Part shown: positions 39,371 to 49,531 of the stretch, one piece after another | How the letters are laid out: each line of letters begins with the position of its first letter | Position numbering within the stretch: the stretch's first letter is position 1 | Source: Candidatus Saganbacteria bacterium | GTDB lineage: Bacteria; Margulisbacteria; WOR-1; JAKLHX01 | Length of the DNA stretch: 64,000 nt | Direction of reading: 5' to 3' | Assembly (NCBI GenBank): GCA_026387835.1 | Contig: JAPLKZ010000013.1 | Location: forward strand, 89,254-153,253 | Program-made: the position numbers and the translations under genes | The notes under the pieces: generated by a model | Told to the model about the DNA's origin: nothing | What the model saw: the letters and a program-made list of their open reading frames with translations, nothing else | Databases searched by the model: none

Positions 39371-40681
39371 ATGGGCGAGATGGCCACAAGCGGAGGAGGC
39401 ATCCATCCGGGTGCGCCTATAATATGGCCCACATTAAAACCCACTTCTTCTTCGCAGTCTCAAAGCCAGCAAACGCAGACGACCCAGACAACGGAGCAAT
39501 CTTCGACGACATCTACGGCGCAGAGCAGCAGCCAGGCTGCCGCAACATCGCAGTCATCTGCTGTCTCTCAGTCGGCGACCTCATCGGTCACAGTGACGAG
39601 CTCAGCTTCACCTCAGGTCAGGGAACTCACCGTAAATGACATAAAAACCCATCTATTGTCTTTGCAGCTCGTAGATTCCGAAACAAACGTAAAACTGGCC
39701 TCACTGATGCTCAGGTTCGGCATCGAACTAAGCAGGGAAAATTTTGTAAAAGCCCTGGGGATGCTGGAGGGGACCGATAAATCGCTGAGTACCCAGGAAT
39801 CAGCCCTTGTCCTATTGTCAAAGGGCATCACTGGGTCAAAAGAGGCTTTGACGATGCTCTCATCGCACCTGGCAGAGACTCCTGCGATCAGCAGCCAGCT
39901 TTCCTCTATCAAGAGCGCGATGAACCAGCTTTCCGGAGTCCTGGCATCCAACCAGGCGCTTCTTTCACCGGTGATGGTATCCCAGCTGGCCGCCTTGCTG
40001 GCTCAATTCTCCGATGTGATCGAAGGGCTGCCAAAAAAATATAAATTCGGCAGTGAGAGCACGAATTCCATCGGAAGGGATGACCTGATAAATGATGTAA
40101 GAGCGTTAAAATCCCTGCTCGACGGTGTCCAGGAGAAAAACCTGTCGCAGGAAAACAAGACGACATCCGAAAACGAGGTTTTAAGATCAACAATGATGAC
40201 GACTGCAAAAAAACTTGAAGGCCTTTTGGACAACCTTCTTTCGCAGGTCATTCTGAGCAAGAAATCCGCTGACGGTCAGCTGGGCAAGCAGGATTACCTT
40301 TATTATCAGATACCCAACAGCCTTGCGGACCCGGTAAAGACGATAGACCTTATCATCAAGCGCGATCCAAACAGCAAAAACGCGGTGAACCCGGAAGATA
40401 CGCAGATGGTGATAGGTCTTGAGACAGAGAACCTGGGCAAGATGGTGATAGCTGTGACCCTGAAGGATAAATCAGTTAAGTTCCTTTTTAATACGGAGGT
40501 CGAAGCGACCAAAAAACTTGTCGATGAACAAAATATATTGATAAAAGAGACTCTCTCAGACAAAGGATATCATGTCGAGAATGTCTCTTCCCGCGTCAAT
40601 ACATCGATGTGCATAATCAAGCCTTACCTGATCCCGCTTCTGGGGCTTGACCATCTGTTCAGGATAGACAGTACTATTTAG
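39371..40681 (+). CDS. putative flagellar hook-length control protein (FliK-like)
   Basis: 436 aa; Ser/Thr/Gln-rich N-terminus and C-terminal Flg_hook-like segment; followed by an FlhB-C-like gene. Confidence 0.5.
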   Translation: MGEMATSGGGIHPGAPIIWPTLKPTSSSQSQSQQTQTTQTTEQSSTTSTAQSSSQAAATSQSSAVSQSATSSVTVTSSASPQVRELTVNDIKTHLLSLQLVDSETNVKLASLMLRFGIELSRENFVKALGMLEGTDKSLSTQESALVLLSKGITGSKEALTMLSSHLAETPAISSQLSSIKSAMNQLSGVLASNQALLSPVMVSQLAALLAQFSDVIEGLPKKYKFGSESTNSIGRDDLINDVRALKSLLDGVQEKNLSQENKTTSENEVLRSTMMTTAKKLEGLLDNLLSQVILSKKSADGQLGKQDYLYYQIPNSLADPVKTIDLIIKRDPNSKNAVNPEDTQMVIGLETENLGKMVIAVTLKDKSVKFLFNTEVEATKKLVDEQNILIKETLSDKGYHVENVSSRVNTSMCIIKPYLIPLLGLDHLFRIDSTI

Positions 40682-40695
40682 ATCGGAAACGGAAA

Positions 40696-41061
40696 ATGGC
40701 CGAAAAAAAAGAAGCAGGGCCGGAACAAAAACCCGACATCGAATTGATCCCGGCGGAAAAAAAACGCACAGCCGTCGCATTGAGATATGATATCGAAAAA
40801 GACGCGGCCCCTCTTGTCCTGGCTTCGGGAAGAGGTCTCGTCGCCGATGAGATCCTCAGGATCGCTGAAGAGAACGAGATCCCCCTTTACGAAAATCCGC
40901 GGCTTGCAGATATACTTTCAAAGCTTGAGCTTGATACACAGATACCTCAGGAGATGTACATACTTGTGGCCGAGGTCCTCTACTTTGTCTATCAACTGGA
41001 CAGGATGGCGGAGAAAAGACAAAATCTGGTAAAAAAGATAAAAGATGAGACAAAAAAGTAG
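40696..41061 (+). CDS. FlhB C-terminal domain-like small protein
   Basis: 121 aa; ...AVALRYDIEKDAAPLVLASGRGLVADEILRIAEENEIPLYENPRLADIL...IPQEMYILVAEVLYFVY. Confidence 0.7.
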   Translation: MAEKKEAGPEQKPDIELIPAEKKRTAVALRYDIEKDAAPLVLASGRGLVADEILRIAEENEIPLYENPRLADILSKLELDTQIPQEMYILVAEVLYFVYQLDRMAEKRQNLVKKIKDETKK

Positions 41062-41143
41062 AGGACAGACTTACTGATCAGCCGTTTTGACACCCCTCGC
41101 CCCCCCTAAAAATAACGCCCTTTAAAAACAAACAAAAAAGTTC

Positions 41144-41171
41144 TTGAAATTTTGCAACGCTTGTGTATAAT
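41144..41171 (+). promoter_or_regulatory. near-consensus sigma-70 promoter (TTGAAA-16 bp-TATAAT) upstream of flgF
   Basis: Hexamers at 41144-41149 and 41166-41171. Confidence 0.5.
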
Positions 41172-41213
41172 ATATAACAAATGATAGATACAGAAATGAG
41201 GGCGGAATAATTA

Positions 41214-41972
41214 ATGCCTGACCGGATATTATCAATAGGGCAAAGTGCTCTCGAGAGCTCTGACGCAAAAGTCAAAGCGATGATGAATAATATCGTCAAT
41301 GCCCAGACGCCGGGCTATAAAAAGTCAGATGTTTCTATAAAATCTTTCCCGCTGATGCTGGAGAACGAGACGCAGTCGCTTGAATCAGGCGGCCGTTCCG
41401 GAGCGATGATGCCCAAGGTGACCGGAGTATTCCGCGATCAGGCTCACGGTCCGATATTCAAGACCGGCGGAGCAACGGATGCGGCAATAGGAGGCGACGG
41501 ATATTTTGTCCTCCAGGGAAACGAAGGCGAGGTCTTTACAAGGGACGGAAGGTTCACTCTTGACCAGGACGGGAAGCTTATCAGTATTTCCGGAAAATAT
41601 CCGGTCCTCGGAAAGAGCGGCCCTATCGTGGTGATCCCGGGATCAAGTATCGCGATCTCACAGAACGGAAGTGTTCTTGTAGATGATGTACAGGTCGACA
41701 TGCTCAGGGTCGTGGTATTTAACGACCCTAAAAAGCTCGAACCGATAAATAATTCGCTTTTTAAAGCATCTTCTATTGATGAAGCGACATACGAGGAAGA
41801 TGATAACCCGCGGGTCATACAGGGCTATATCGAATCTTCGAACGTGAGCATCATGGACGAATACATGGAAATGATATTGTTAAGCAGGATGTATGATGGA
41901 AATACAAAGATCATTCAGTCTAGAGATGCAGCGTTGGCTAAGGCCATCGAGCTTGGAAAACCGGCACAATGA
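41214..41972 (+). CDS. flgF: flagellar basal-body rod protein (FlgF-like)
   Basis: 252 aa; N-terminal rod motif (NNIVNAQTPGYKK) and C-terminal rod motif. Confidence 0.7.
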   Translation: MPDRILSIGQSALESSDAKVKAMMNNIVNAQTPGYKKSDVSIKSFPLMLENETQSLESGGRSGAMMPKVTGVFRDQAHGPIFKTGGATDAAIGGDGYFVLQGNEGEVFTRDGRFTLDQDGKLISISGKYPVLGKSGPIVVIPGSSIAISQNGSVLVDDVQVDMLRVVVFNDPKKLEPINNSLFKASSIDEATYEEDDNPRVIQGYIESSNVSIMDEYMEMILLSRMYDGNTKIIQSRDAALAKAIELGKPAQ

Positions 41973-42006
41973 TAAATAGCAGGATAACAAAGGGAGGATA
42001 ATAAAT

Positions 42007-42813
42007 ATGTTCCAGCCATTATACGTGGCCGCGACCGGGCTTAACACTTTCGAGGATGAAATAACCGACATCACAAACAATCTCGCAAATTCCAAGACAG
42101 TCGGTTTCAAAAAGGGGCGGACTGAAAAAGAAAGCCTTTTTGTCATGGAAAAGAATTTCTCGTCGCATTTAAATGAAGCGATAAGAAGGCAGCAGGAGGA
42201 AGGGGTAGGGACAAGCGCGGTCGAGTTCGGTACCGGAGTCAGGGTCGTTTCCACCCCGAAGGACTTTACCCAGGGCACTATTGAGACGACGAACAATCCT
42301 ACAGATATTGCCATATCGGGGGAAGGTTTTTTCCAGATAAGTATGCCTGACGGCAAGATAGCCTATAGCAGAGCAGGAGGCTTCCATGTTGACAGCGATG
42401 GTAACTTCGTAGACCCGAACGGCCATTTGTTGGACCCGCCGGTGATATTGCCGCAGAATACGACAAGCATTCTTATAAAGGAAAACGGCATGGTGTTTGT
42501 TTCGATAAACAACTCGATAGACCTCACGGAAGTAGGGCAGATAAATCTTGCAAAGTTCACAAGTCCCGCCGGACTGAAAAGCCTCGGACAAAACCTTTAT
42601 GAAGAGACGACAGCGTCGGGGTCTCCGATGATCGGACTGCCTACTCAGGAAGGATACGGATCGTTGCAGCAGTCGGCGCTGGAACAGTCAAATGTGGACG
42701 TCATTTCGGAAATGATGAGAATGATAATGGTCCAAAGGGTTTTTGATACAGTTACAAAAGCCGTGCAAACCTATGATGCGATGCTAACATCCGTAGAAAG
42801 GATGAAGGCGTAG
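42007..42813 (+). CDS. flgG: flagellar basal-body rod protein FlgG
   Basis: 268 aa; N-terminal NNLANSKTVGFKK, C-terminal rod heptad region. Confidence 0.8.
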   Translation: MFQPLYVAATGLNTFEDEITDITNNLANSKTVGFKKGRTEKESLFVMEKNFSSHLNEAIRRQQEEGVGTSAVEFGTGVRVVSTPKDFTQGTIETTNNPTDIAISGEGFFQISMPDGKIAYSRAGGFHVDSDGNFVDPNGHLLDPPVILPQNTTSILIKENGMVFVSINNSIDLTEVGQINLAKFTSPAGLKSLGQNLYEETTASGSPMIGLPTQEGYGSLQQSALEQSNVDVISEMMRMIMVQRVFDTVTKAVQTYDAMLTSVERMKA

Positions 42814-42837
42814 AAAGATGAAGGGCTAATCAACGGG

Positions 42838-43554
42838 ATGCTTTTAAAAAAGTCATCAACGCTATTGGTTTTTGGTATACTTTTATTAGTATTGCCTTGT
42901 TTTGCTGCTATGTCCGTAGAAGAAAATATTTCGGAAGCGGTAAAAAATGAGATTGTCAGAAGAAACCAGGCGTTGGAAGACAGCAGGATCGATGTCGGGT
43001 TCAAAGATCCTGATGCGATCTTTGAGGGCCTGACAAGTAAAAAAGAAAAATTGACTTACAAAATAGGTATTCCGGAAAATAGAAGGCTTTCGGGAAATTT
43101 AGTGATACCTGTAAATGTCTATGCCGGCAGAAACTTTATTGAACAAGTAAACGTCAATTGTTCAATAAAAATATTCAAAAAGATATTGGTCAGTTCGGCG
43201 AAGATAAACAAAGGAGCAATATTGACTGGGAAAGAGATGTCTTTGATCGAGAAGGATATTTCTGTCCTGCCCTCGACAGTCATATTTGAGCAGGACAGCA
43301 TACTGGGCAAAGAGGCTATGACTTTTATTCCTAAAGGGACAGTCCTTCTCGACTGGATGTTCAAGGAGGTCCCTGTCGTGAGGAAAGGCGATATCGTAGA
43401 ACTTTATAAAGCGGTTTCGGGTGTCAATGTAAGCGTGAAAGCGGTCGTGCTTGAAGACAGCTATCTGGGTAAAAACGTCAGAGTGAGGAACCTGTCTTCG
43501 CAAAAGACGGTGGAGGGCATTGTCAGAAGTTCAAAAGAAGTAGAGGCATTATGA
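42838..43554 (+). CDS. flgA: flagellar P-ring assembly chaperone FlgA
   Basis: 238 aa; signal peptide and C-terminal SAF-like domain. Confidence 0.65.
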   Translation: MLLKKSSTLLVFGILLLVLPCFAAMSVEENISEAVKNEIVRRNQALEDSRIDVGFKDPDAIFEGLTSKKEKLTYKIGIPENRRLSGNLVIPVNVYAGRNFIEQVNVNCSIKIFKKILVSSAKINKGAILTGKEMSLIEKDISVLPSTVIFEQDSILGKEAMTFIPKGTVLLDWMFKEVPVVRKGDIVELYKAVSGVNVSVKAVVLEDSYLGKNVRVRNLSSQKTVEGIVRSSKEVEAL

Positions 43555-43922
43555 TATTCAGGCAGATGTTAAAAGCAAAGATCCACCGCTTGACGGTCAC
43601 GGAGTCAAGGCTTGATTATGAGGGAAGCATAACGATAGACAAAACCCTGCTGGAAACTTCAGGGATAGTCGAATCGGAAAAAGTACATGTCGTGAATGTC
43701 TCGACCGGAGACAGGTTTGAGACATATGTAATGACCGGAAAAAAGAATTCGGGGATCGTATGCCTGAACGGAGGAGCCGCAAGGATGGGAAGTCCGGGAG
43801 ATCTCATCATCGTCATCTCGTATGCCGCAGTAGATGAAGATTCCCTTTTGAAGTATTGTTCCAGGAAAGTTCTGGTGGACGGTAAAAACAGGGTCAAAAG
43901 GATCATACAGGAGAAAAAATGA
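43551..43922 (+). CDS. panD: aspartate 1-decarboxylase (pyruvoyl-dependent)
   Basis: 123 aa; KIHRLTVTE...YEGSITID with Gly-Ser self-cleavage site, VHVVNV, GIVCLNGGAAR; ATGA overlaps with both flgA and flgH. Confidence 0.9.
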   Translation: MIFRQMLKAKIHRLTVTESRLDYEGSITIDKTLLETSGIVESEKVHVVNVSTGDRFETYVMTGKKNSGIVCLNGGAARMGSPGDLIIVISYAAVDEDSLLKYCSRKVLVDGKNRVKRIIQEKK

Positions 43923-44524
43923 AAAGGATACTGTCTTTCATTTTGATCGCCGCAGTTTTTTCTCAGTTGGCCGTGCCGGCATTGTCGGATTCTTTGTGGA
44001 ACGAAAACAGTTCTTCTTTATACGCGACGCAGAAACCGTTCAAACCGGGCGATATCATAATGGTTATTGTCGTGGAAAATACTTCTGCTGCCCAGAAAGC
44101 GGGCACGGATACGTCAAATCAGGACAATCTGAGTCTCAGCTTTACACACACGATCAACAAACTGACGCAGTATTTAGGTCCGCTGGGTACGCCTCAATCA
44201 CTATCGGGTCAGGCGTCCTCAGCTTATAAAGGATCAGGCGACACTTCCAGGTCAAACAATGTTCTTGCCGTCGTGACCGCAACAGTCCAAAATGTTCTGC
44301 CGAACGGGAATGTTGTTATTTTTGGCACACACAAGGTGACTGTAAATGAAGAAATTCAGGAGGTATTGATCAAAGGAATCGTGAGGCCGGCGGATGTAAC
44401 GAGCTGGAATACGGTATATTCATTTCAAGTTGCGGATTCGACCGTTTCAGTTAAAGGTACCGGTACTGTCGATGAAGCCTCGTCGCCGGGGGTTGTCAGG
44501 AGAGTGCTTAATTGGATATTCTAA
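43919..44524 (+). CDS. flgH: flagellar L-ring protein FlgH
   Basis: 201 aa; signal peptide; FlgH-like sequence. Confidence 0.75.
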   Translation: MKRILSFILIAAVFSQLAVPALSDSLWNENSSSLYATQKPFKPGDIIMVIVVENTSAAQKAGTDTSNQDNLSLSFTHTINKLTQYLGPLGTPQSLSGQASSAYKGSGDTSRSNNVLAVVTATVQNVLPNGNVVIFGTHKVTVNEEIQEVLIKGIVRPADVTSWNTVYSFQVADSTVSVKGTGTVDEASSPGVVRRVLNWIF

Positions 44525-45720
44525 GCAAAATGACAAGAAAAATATCTGTGGCAGTCCTTTTTACGGTGCTAGTCGTGACAGTCTCCTCATTTGCCGCGTC
44601 TCCGTCCGTAAGGATAAAAGACATCGCAACAATAGACCAGGCGCGCGAGAACCAACTTATAGGATTCGGGCTTGTAGCGGGGCTCCGGCAGTCAGGGGAC
44701 AGCCAGCAGACCGAGTTTACAAAACAGGCGATAGCAAATCTTCTATCCCGCATGGGGATGTCTCCCCCGTCGCCCATAACAAGCTCAACGTCACGATCAC
44801 TTACAAATCTATATAATTTTTCAACGATCCCTAAATCGCAGGAATACAGGTCAAAGAACGTCGCCGCAGTGATGGTGACTGCTACGCTCCCTCCGTTCAT
44901 GAAACCGGGGCAGAAAATAGATGTAACCGTGGCAAGTATAGGGGACGCCGCTAGCCTTAAAGGCGGCAACCTTCTGGCAACGCAGCTGCTGGGGATGGAC
45001 GGTCAGACATATGCGGTGGCGCAGGGGCCTGTCTCTCTGGGCGGGGTCAGCGATTCGAACTTTTTACCTTTCAGAACGGATATAGCTACAACGGGAAGAG
45101 TTCCCGGGGGAGGGCTGGTCGAAAAGGAGATCCCCGTCAGTATTGAAGAAGAGCTGGCTCAGACAGACACGGCTGAAGCCTCCAGTTCGATCACGGGGTT
45201 CAAAATACTTTTGAACGAACCTGATTTTACGACAGCTTCAAGAGTTGCATACACAATAGCGAAAGAAGGCATCGATGTCCAGGCCCTTGATGCAGCTTCG
45301 ATAATGGTCAGGGTCACTCCGGGAGATGACGCGATATCACTTATCTCAAAGATCGAAACACTGAGGGTCATTCCTGACGTGAAAGCAAAAATTGTGATCA
45401 ACGAAAGGACCGGCACGATAGTGATCGGCGAAAATATCAGGATCGCGCCGGTAGCCGTCACTTACGGGAATTTCACCGTGACAATAGGGCCGGCATCTCT
45501 TACGTCAGGATTGAGCGAGACAGGGGGCATTCCTTTATCTTCAACGAATGTAATGATAAAGGAAAGCAATAAAAAACTTGTCATCTTGAAGGAATCCGCG
45601 AATTTATCAGACCTTGTGAGATCGCTGAACTCGATAGGAGCCACTCCAAAAGACCTGATAGCTATCATTCAGGCTATAAAGCAATCCGGCGCATTGACCG
45701 CCGACCTGGAGATCATGTGA
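44512..45720 (+). CDS. flgI: flagellar P-ring protein FlgI
   Basis: 402 aa; signal peptide; carries a Ser/Pro/Thr-rich insertion of about 25 aa. Confidence 0.85.
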   Translation: MDILSKMTRKISVAVLFTVLVVTVSSFAASPSVRIKDIATIDQARENQLIGFGLVAGLRQSGDSQQTEFTKQAIANLLSRMGMSPPSPITSSTSRSLTNLYNFSTIPKSQEYRSKNVAAVMVTATLPPFMKPGQKIDVTVASIGDAASLKGGNLLATQLLGMDGQTYAVAQGPVSLGGVSDSNFLPFRTDIATTGRVPGGGLVEKEIPVSIEEELAQTDTAEASSSITGFKILLNEPDFTTASRVAYTIAKEGIDVQALDAASIMVRVTPGDDAISLISKIETLRVIPDVKAKIVINERTGTIVIGENIRIAPVAVTYGNFTVTIGPASLTSGLSETGGIPLSSTNVMIKESNKKLVILKESANLSDLVRSLNSIGATPKDLIAIIQAIKQSGALTADLEIM

Positions 45721-46043
45721 TGGATAATTTTATCCCGCCGGTGATCTTTAATCGCAACAGCGCGTACACCGGCAGCGTCACGCAGCCCGGTCCGGTGCAG
45801 GGCGATGCCGTGACGGCGGTCTCTTCGCTGTTTTTGCAGACCATGCTGAAAGAGATCTATAAAAACCAGTTTAAAAACGAACTTTTTACGACGGAAAACA
45901 ATCCATCATCCTCGGTTTTTTCCGATATGTTCGTAGAACAGATGATAAATGAGATGGCAAATGCCGATACTTTCGGACTTAACAAGATGATCTCTTCGGC
46001 GATTGAGCCGCGGGATGTAATAGAGGAAAGCAAATGCCCGTAA
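45717..46043 (+). CDS. rod-binding protein (FlgJ N-terminal domain-like)
   Basis: 108 aa; position between flgI and fliA and rod-binding-like sequence. Confidence 0.5.
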   Translation: MMDNFIPPVIFNRNSAYTGSVTQPGPVQGDAVTAVSSLFLQTMLKEIYKNQFKNELFTTENNPSSSVFSDMFVEQMINEMANADTFGLNKMISSAIEPRDVIEESKCP

Positions 46044-46783
46044 GACCGAAACAAGAATCGTTAAAACAGCAACAGCCTTACAGGCCTGCCATGGCCATGG
46101 AGGCGTACCTGCCGCTAGTCCATTCGATAGCGGCTATGATCTCAGGGAAAGGCCTCCCGCCGAACATAGATTATAACGATCTTGTAAGCGACGGCACTAT
46201 AGGGCTGATGAAAGCGTGGGATAATTTCGATCCTAAAAGGGGGGTCAAGTTCGAGACTTATGCTTCTTACAGGGTCAGGGGCGAGATACTGGACGGGCTC
46301 AAATATTACAATCCCGTTCCTTACAGGATACAGGTGATGATAAGGGACCTTGCGAAAAAAGGATACGACACAATACTAAAACGCGGCGAAAAAGAGTCCG
46401 GCATCTCGACAAAGGATTCAAAGCTTCTCGAAAAAAAGAGCCTCAGCGAGTCGGAATTCAAAGCGGCTGTCACAAAGATCCAGAAGATAGTATCTGCTTC
46501 GGCTTTGATGTACCTTGTTTCACTGGAACAGGCTTCCGATTCTTCGGAGATCCAGGTATCCGGAGAAAGGACCCCTGTCGAGGAGCTTGAATCCAGCGAT
46601 CTTAAATTAAGGCTTGATAACGAGATAAAAAGCCTTCCGAAGATGGAACGAACGGTGCTCGAACTTTTTTTCAAAAAAGGCCTTAGCCAGAAGGATATTG
46701 CAAAGGACCACAAACTGTCAAGAAGCAAGGTCAACAGGCTTATCGCGAGGGCAATAAACAGGCTGAAGGAAAAGTTGAAATAG
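46034..46783 (+). CDS. fliA: flagellar sigma factor (sigma-28, FliA/WhiG family)
   Basis: 249 aa; sigma-70 region 2 and region 4 HTH. Confidence 0.75.
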   Translation: MPVRPKQESLKQQQPYRPAMAMEAYLPLVHSIAAMISGKGLPPNIDYNDLVSDGTIGLMKAWDNFDPKRGVKFETYASYRVRGEILDGLKYYNPVPYRIQVMIRDLAKKGYDTILKRGEKESGISTKDSKLLEKKSLSESEFKAAVTKIQKIVSASALMYLVSLEQASDSSEIQVSGERTPVEELESSDLKLRLDNEIKSLPKMERTVLELFFKKGLSQKDIAKDHKLSRSKVNRLIARAINRLKEKLK

Positions 46784-46792
46784 GGCATAAAT

Positions 46793-47086
46793 ATGGAAAT
46801 ATTCGATCCTACGATGTCAAATATTGAAAGTGCGATGGCGAGGAGCATAAAGATCCAGGAAGTTACCGCGCACAATATCGCCAACGCGCAGACGCCCGGC
46901 TTTACGGCTAAAAAATTTGACGAGGTACTGAACAAAGCCGTCGAGCGCGAAGAAAATAAAACAGTGAATCTGGAAGAAGAAATGGCCGAAATGGCGAAGA
47001 ACAACACCAGGTATTCGACATATGCAAAACTAATGTCGGCAAAGCTCGCCGTGCTGAGAAATGTGATATCGCAGGGGAGAAAATAA
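46793..47086 (+). CDS. flgB: flagellar basal-body rod protein FlgB
   Basis: 97 aa; N-terminal rod motif HNIANAQTPGF. Confidence 0.8.
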   Translation: MEIFDPTMSNIESAMARSIKIQEVTAHNIANAQTPGFTAKKFDEVLNKAVEREENKTVNLEEEMAEMAKNNTRYSTYAKLMSAKLAVLRNVISQGRK

Positions 47087-47089
47087 GAC

Positions 47090-47530
47090 ATGGGATTAAA
47101 CAGCGCGTTGGATATCTCTGTTTCCGCGATAAACGCCGAACGGCTTCATATGGAGCTTATAGCAAGCAATATCGCAAATATCAATACTACGAAGACCGTT
47201 GACGGGGGCATCTACAGGAGAAAGGTGCTTTCCTATACGGAAAAACCGGTAACGTTTGAAGATGTCCTTGCCGGCGCGCAGAAAAAGGCCGAGATAAAAA
47301 CAGGCGGGGGAGTAGATGTGTCCGTTACTGAAGATATGAGCGCCCCTATGCAGAAAATATTCAACCCCGGTCATCCGGATGCCGATGAGAAGGGATACGT
47401 GACGCTTCCGAACGTGTCGTTGTCTACGGAGATGACGGACCTTATATTTGCGGGAAGACTTTATGAGACGAATGTTACGGTCTTTAGCGCGACAAAAAAA
47501 ATGCAAACTGAAGCTCTCCAGATACAGTAA
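47090..47530 (+). CDS. flgC: flagellar basal-body rod protein FlgC
   Basis: 146 aa; SNIANINTTKT and GYVTLPNV motifs. Confidence 0.85.
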   Translation: MGLNSALDISVSAINAERLHMELIASNIANINTTKTVDGGIYRRKVLSYTEKPVTFEDVLAGAQKKAEIKTGGGVDVSVTEDMSAPMQKIFNPGHPDADEKGYVTLPNVSLSTEMTDLIFAGRLYETNVTVFSATKKMQTEALQIQ

Positions 47531-47543
47531 AGGAGACCGATAA

Positions 47544-47894
47544 ATGGCTGAAGGCATAAGCAGGATAGACCCGAATTTGCTGGCCCAGATCATGGGGCCC
47601 GAGACAACTCCTGCCGCCCCTGAAGTGGGCCAACCGTCAGCGGCATCCCCCGAGATAAAATCCTCCGGCATGACGTTCGACGATATCTTAGGTAAAGCCG
47701 TTAATGCGCTTGACGGGGTGAGCAATGTCGAGAACGATGCGAATTTAATGATGGAAAAATACATGAAAGGCCAGGTCGACGTATCGGACGTCATGATAGC
47801 CACGGCGAAGATGAACATTGCGGTCCAGCTTGCGGTGGCTACCGTCACTTCCGCCGTGAACACGTTCAAAGAAATAACTCAGATGCAGATCTGA
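47544..47894 (+). CDS. fliE: flagellar hook-basal body complex protein FliE
   Basis: 116 aa; C-terminal FliE motif. Confidence 0.75.
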   Translation: MAEGISRIDPNLLAQIMGPETTPAAPEVGQPSAASPEIKSSGMTFDDILGKAVNALDGVSNVENDANLMMEKYMKGQVDVSDVMIATAKMNIAVQLAVATVTSAVNTFKEITQMQI

Positions 47895-47910
47895 TAAAAA
47901 GGAGTGATCG

Positions 47911-49518
47911 ATGGGAGAGGCCAGAGCCCCGGGAAGAATGTCGGACACTAACAGGAATCTTATTATTTCGACTTCTGTTGTAGTGGTCGTTTCGCTTATA
48001 GTCCTGCTGGTGTTCTTCAGGTCGTGCGGCTTGTACGACAGGAATGCAGGTTATAAAGTTATCTACTCCAATCTCGACTTGAAAGATGCCGCGAACGTCG
48101 TCACCGTCCTTAAGGTCATGAAGATACCTTACCAGATAAGGGATGACGGCCGTACTGTAGCGGTCCCGAAAGACAAGGCCGATGACGCGAAGCTGGGTCT
48201 CGCGGAAAAAAATCTGCCTACGGGCGGGTCGGTAGGATGGGAGATATTTGACCAGTCAAAGCTGGGGACCACCGATTTTGACCGAAGGGTACAGTTTGTA
48301 AGAGCGATTTCGGGAGAGCTTGCGAGGACGATAATGAGGATAGATGCGGTACTGGATGCAAGGGTGCAGATAGTCATTCCTCAAACCTCACTTTTTGAGG
48401 TGGCAAAAGCTCCTGTCACGGCTTCAGTCCTGCTGCAGCTTCGTACCGGAAGAAAGATTTCCCGCGAGCAGGTTAACGGGATAGTATACCTTGTCGCGAG
48501 CAGCGTGGAAAATCTAAGACCGGAAAACGTCATAATAGTCGATATCTACGGCAACATCTTAAGCGGCCCCGGTGTGGGTTCCGTGGAAGCCAATGTCGTC
48601 GCCTCGCCTGTCACAGAGCAGATGTATATCGCCCCGACACAAGAAGTTGCGGAAAAAGCTCCGGTAAAAGAGATCTTGATCTCAAAGACCGTGCCCACAG
48701 GAATAAAAGAGACGGCAGCCATAGCTCAGCTCGCCGCCACAAAAGAGACAGAGACCATTTCTTTGCCGCAGAAGAAACTGACCGTCGAAGAGAAAGTGGT
48801 CGTGAAGTTCAAGGCAAAGGAAGAATTCGAGAACATGCTCTCCAGCAAGGTCCAGAAAGTTGTGAATAATTTTTATCCGCCGAACAGCATCCTGGTGAAA
48901 GTAAATGTCGACCTGGCGGAATATAAAGAAAGCCCGAAAAAACACACTGCAACTGCGGTAAAAGCAAAAAAACATGTCATTTCCAGCATGGAGAACGGCA
49001 AAAAACCAGTCCCGTCAAAAATGTTGACGGAAGATAATATCAAGAAGATGACCGTCATAGTCCTTGTGGACAACAGGTTCAATCTTACAAAACAGCAAAA
49101 AAAGACTACTTATGAGATGATAGGCAACGCGATTTCATACCACCCCAGCAGGGGGGACAGGATCATTTTAAGGCAGGTCCCGTTCCATTATGCTACAGCC
49201 TTTCAGCCGGGAATGATGCAAAAAGGATCTGCATCTAAGATGGAAAGTAAGAGATCACTTCCGGAAAAAATGATCTCACTACTCGGCCAAAACACTGCGG
49301 TGTCAGTTTTGGCGGCGTTGTTTATCTTCCTTTTGGCGGTGCTGGCCGCGAGGACATTTTCGAGAAGAAGGTCTTTGGAACAGGAAGCCGAGGAGATGAG
49401 CGAACCGGATGAAAGAATGAGGACAGCTTCTTCGGCGATAGAGCAGATAAGGACAGTGGTCGCGCAGTCTCCAGACCGCGTGGCGGAGCTCATGAAAAAC
49501 TGGCTGAGCGAAAAATAA
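47911..49518 (+). CDS. fliF: flagellar M-ring protein FliF
   Basis: 535 aa; N-terminal TM, periplasmic ring-building motifs, C-terminal TM and FliG-binding tail. Confidence 0.85.
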   Translation: MGEARAPGRMSDTNRNLIISTSVVVVVSLIVLLVFFRSCGLYDRNAGYKVIYSNLDLKDAANVVTVLKVMKIPYQIRDDGRTVAVPKDKADDAKLGLAEKNLPTGGSVGWEIFDQSKLGTTDFDRRVQFVRAISGELARTIMRIDAVLDARVQIVIPQTSLFEVAKAPVTASVLLQLRTGRKISREQVNGIVYLVASSVENLRPENVIIVDIYGNILSGPGVGSVEANVVASPVTEQMYIAPTQEVAEKAPVKEILISKTVPTGIKETAAIAQLAATKETETISLPQKKLTVEEKVVVKFKAKEEFENMLSSKVQKVVNNFYPPNSILVKVNVDLAEYKESPKKHTATAVKAKKHVISSMENGKKPVPSKMLTEDNIKKMTVIVLVDNRFNLTKQQKKTTYEMIGNAISYHPSRGDRIILRQVPFHYATAFQPGMMQKGSASKMESKRSLPEKMISLLGQNTAVSVLAALFIFLLAVLAARTFSRRRSLEQEAEEMSEPDERMRTASSAIEQIRTVVAQSPDRVAELMKNWLSEK

Positions 49519-49531
49519 TGACGGAGTCAAA

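Noticed and set aside
46321-47869. Minus-strand ORFs of 256 and 257 aa antisense to fliA, flgB, flgC and fliE
   Set aside because: Low-complexity translations overlapping several well-supported flagellar genes on the + strand.
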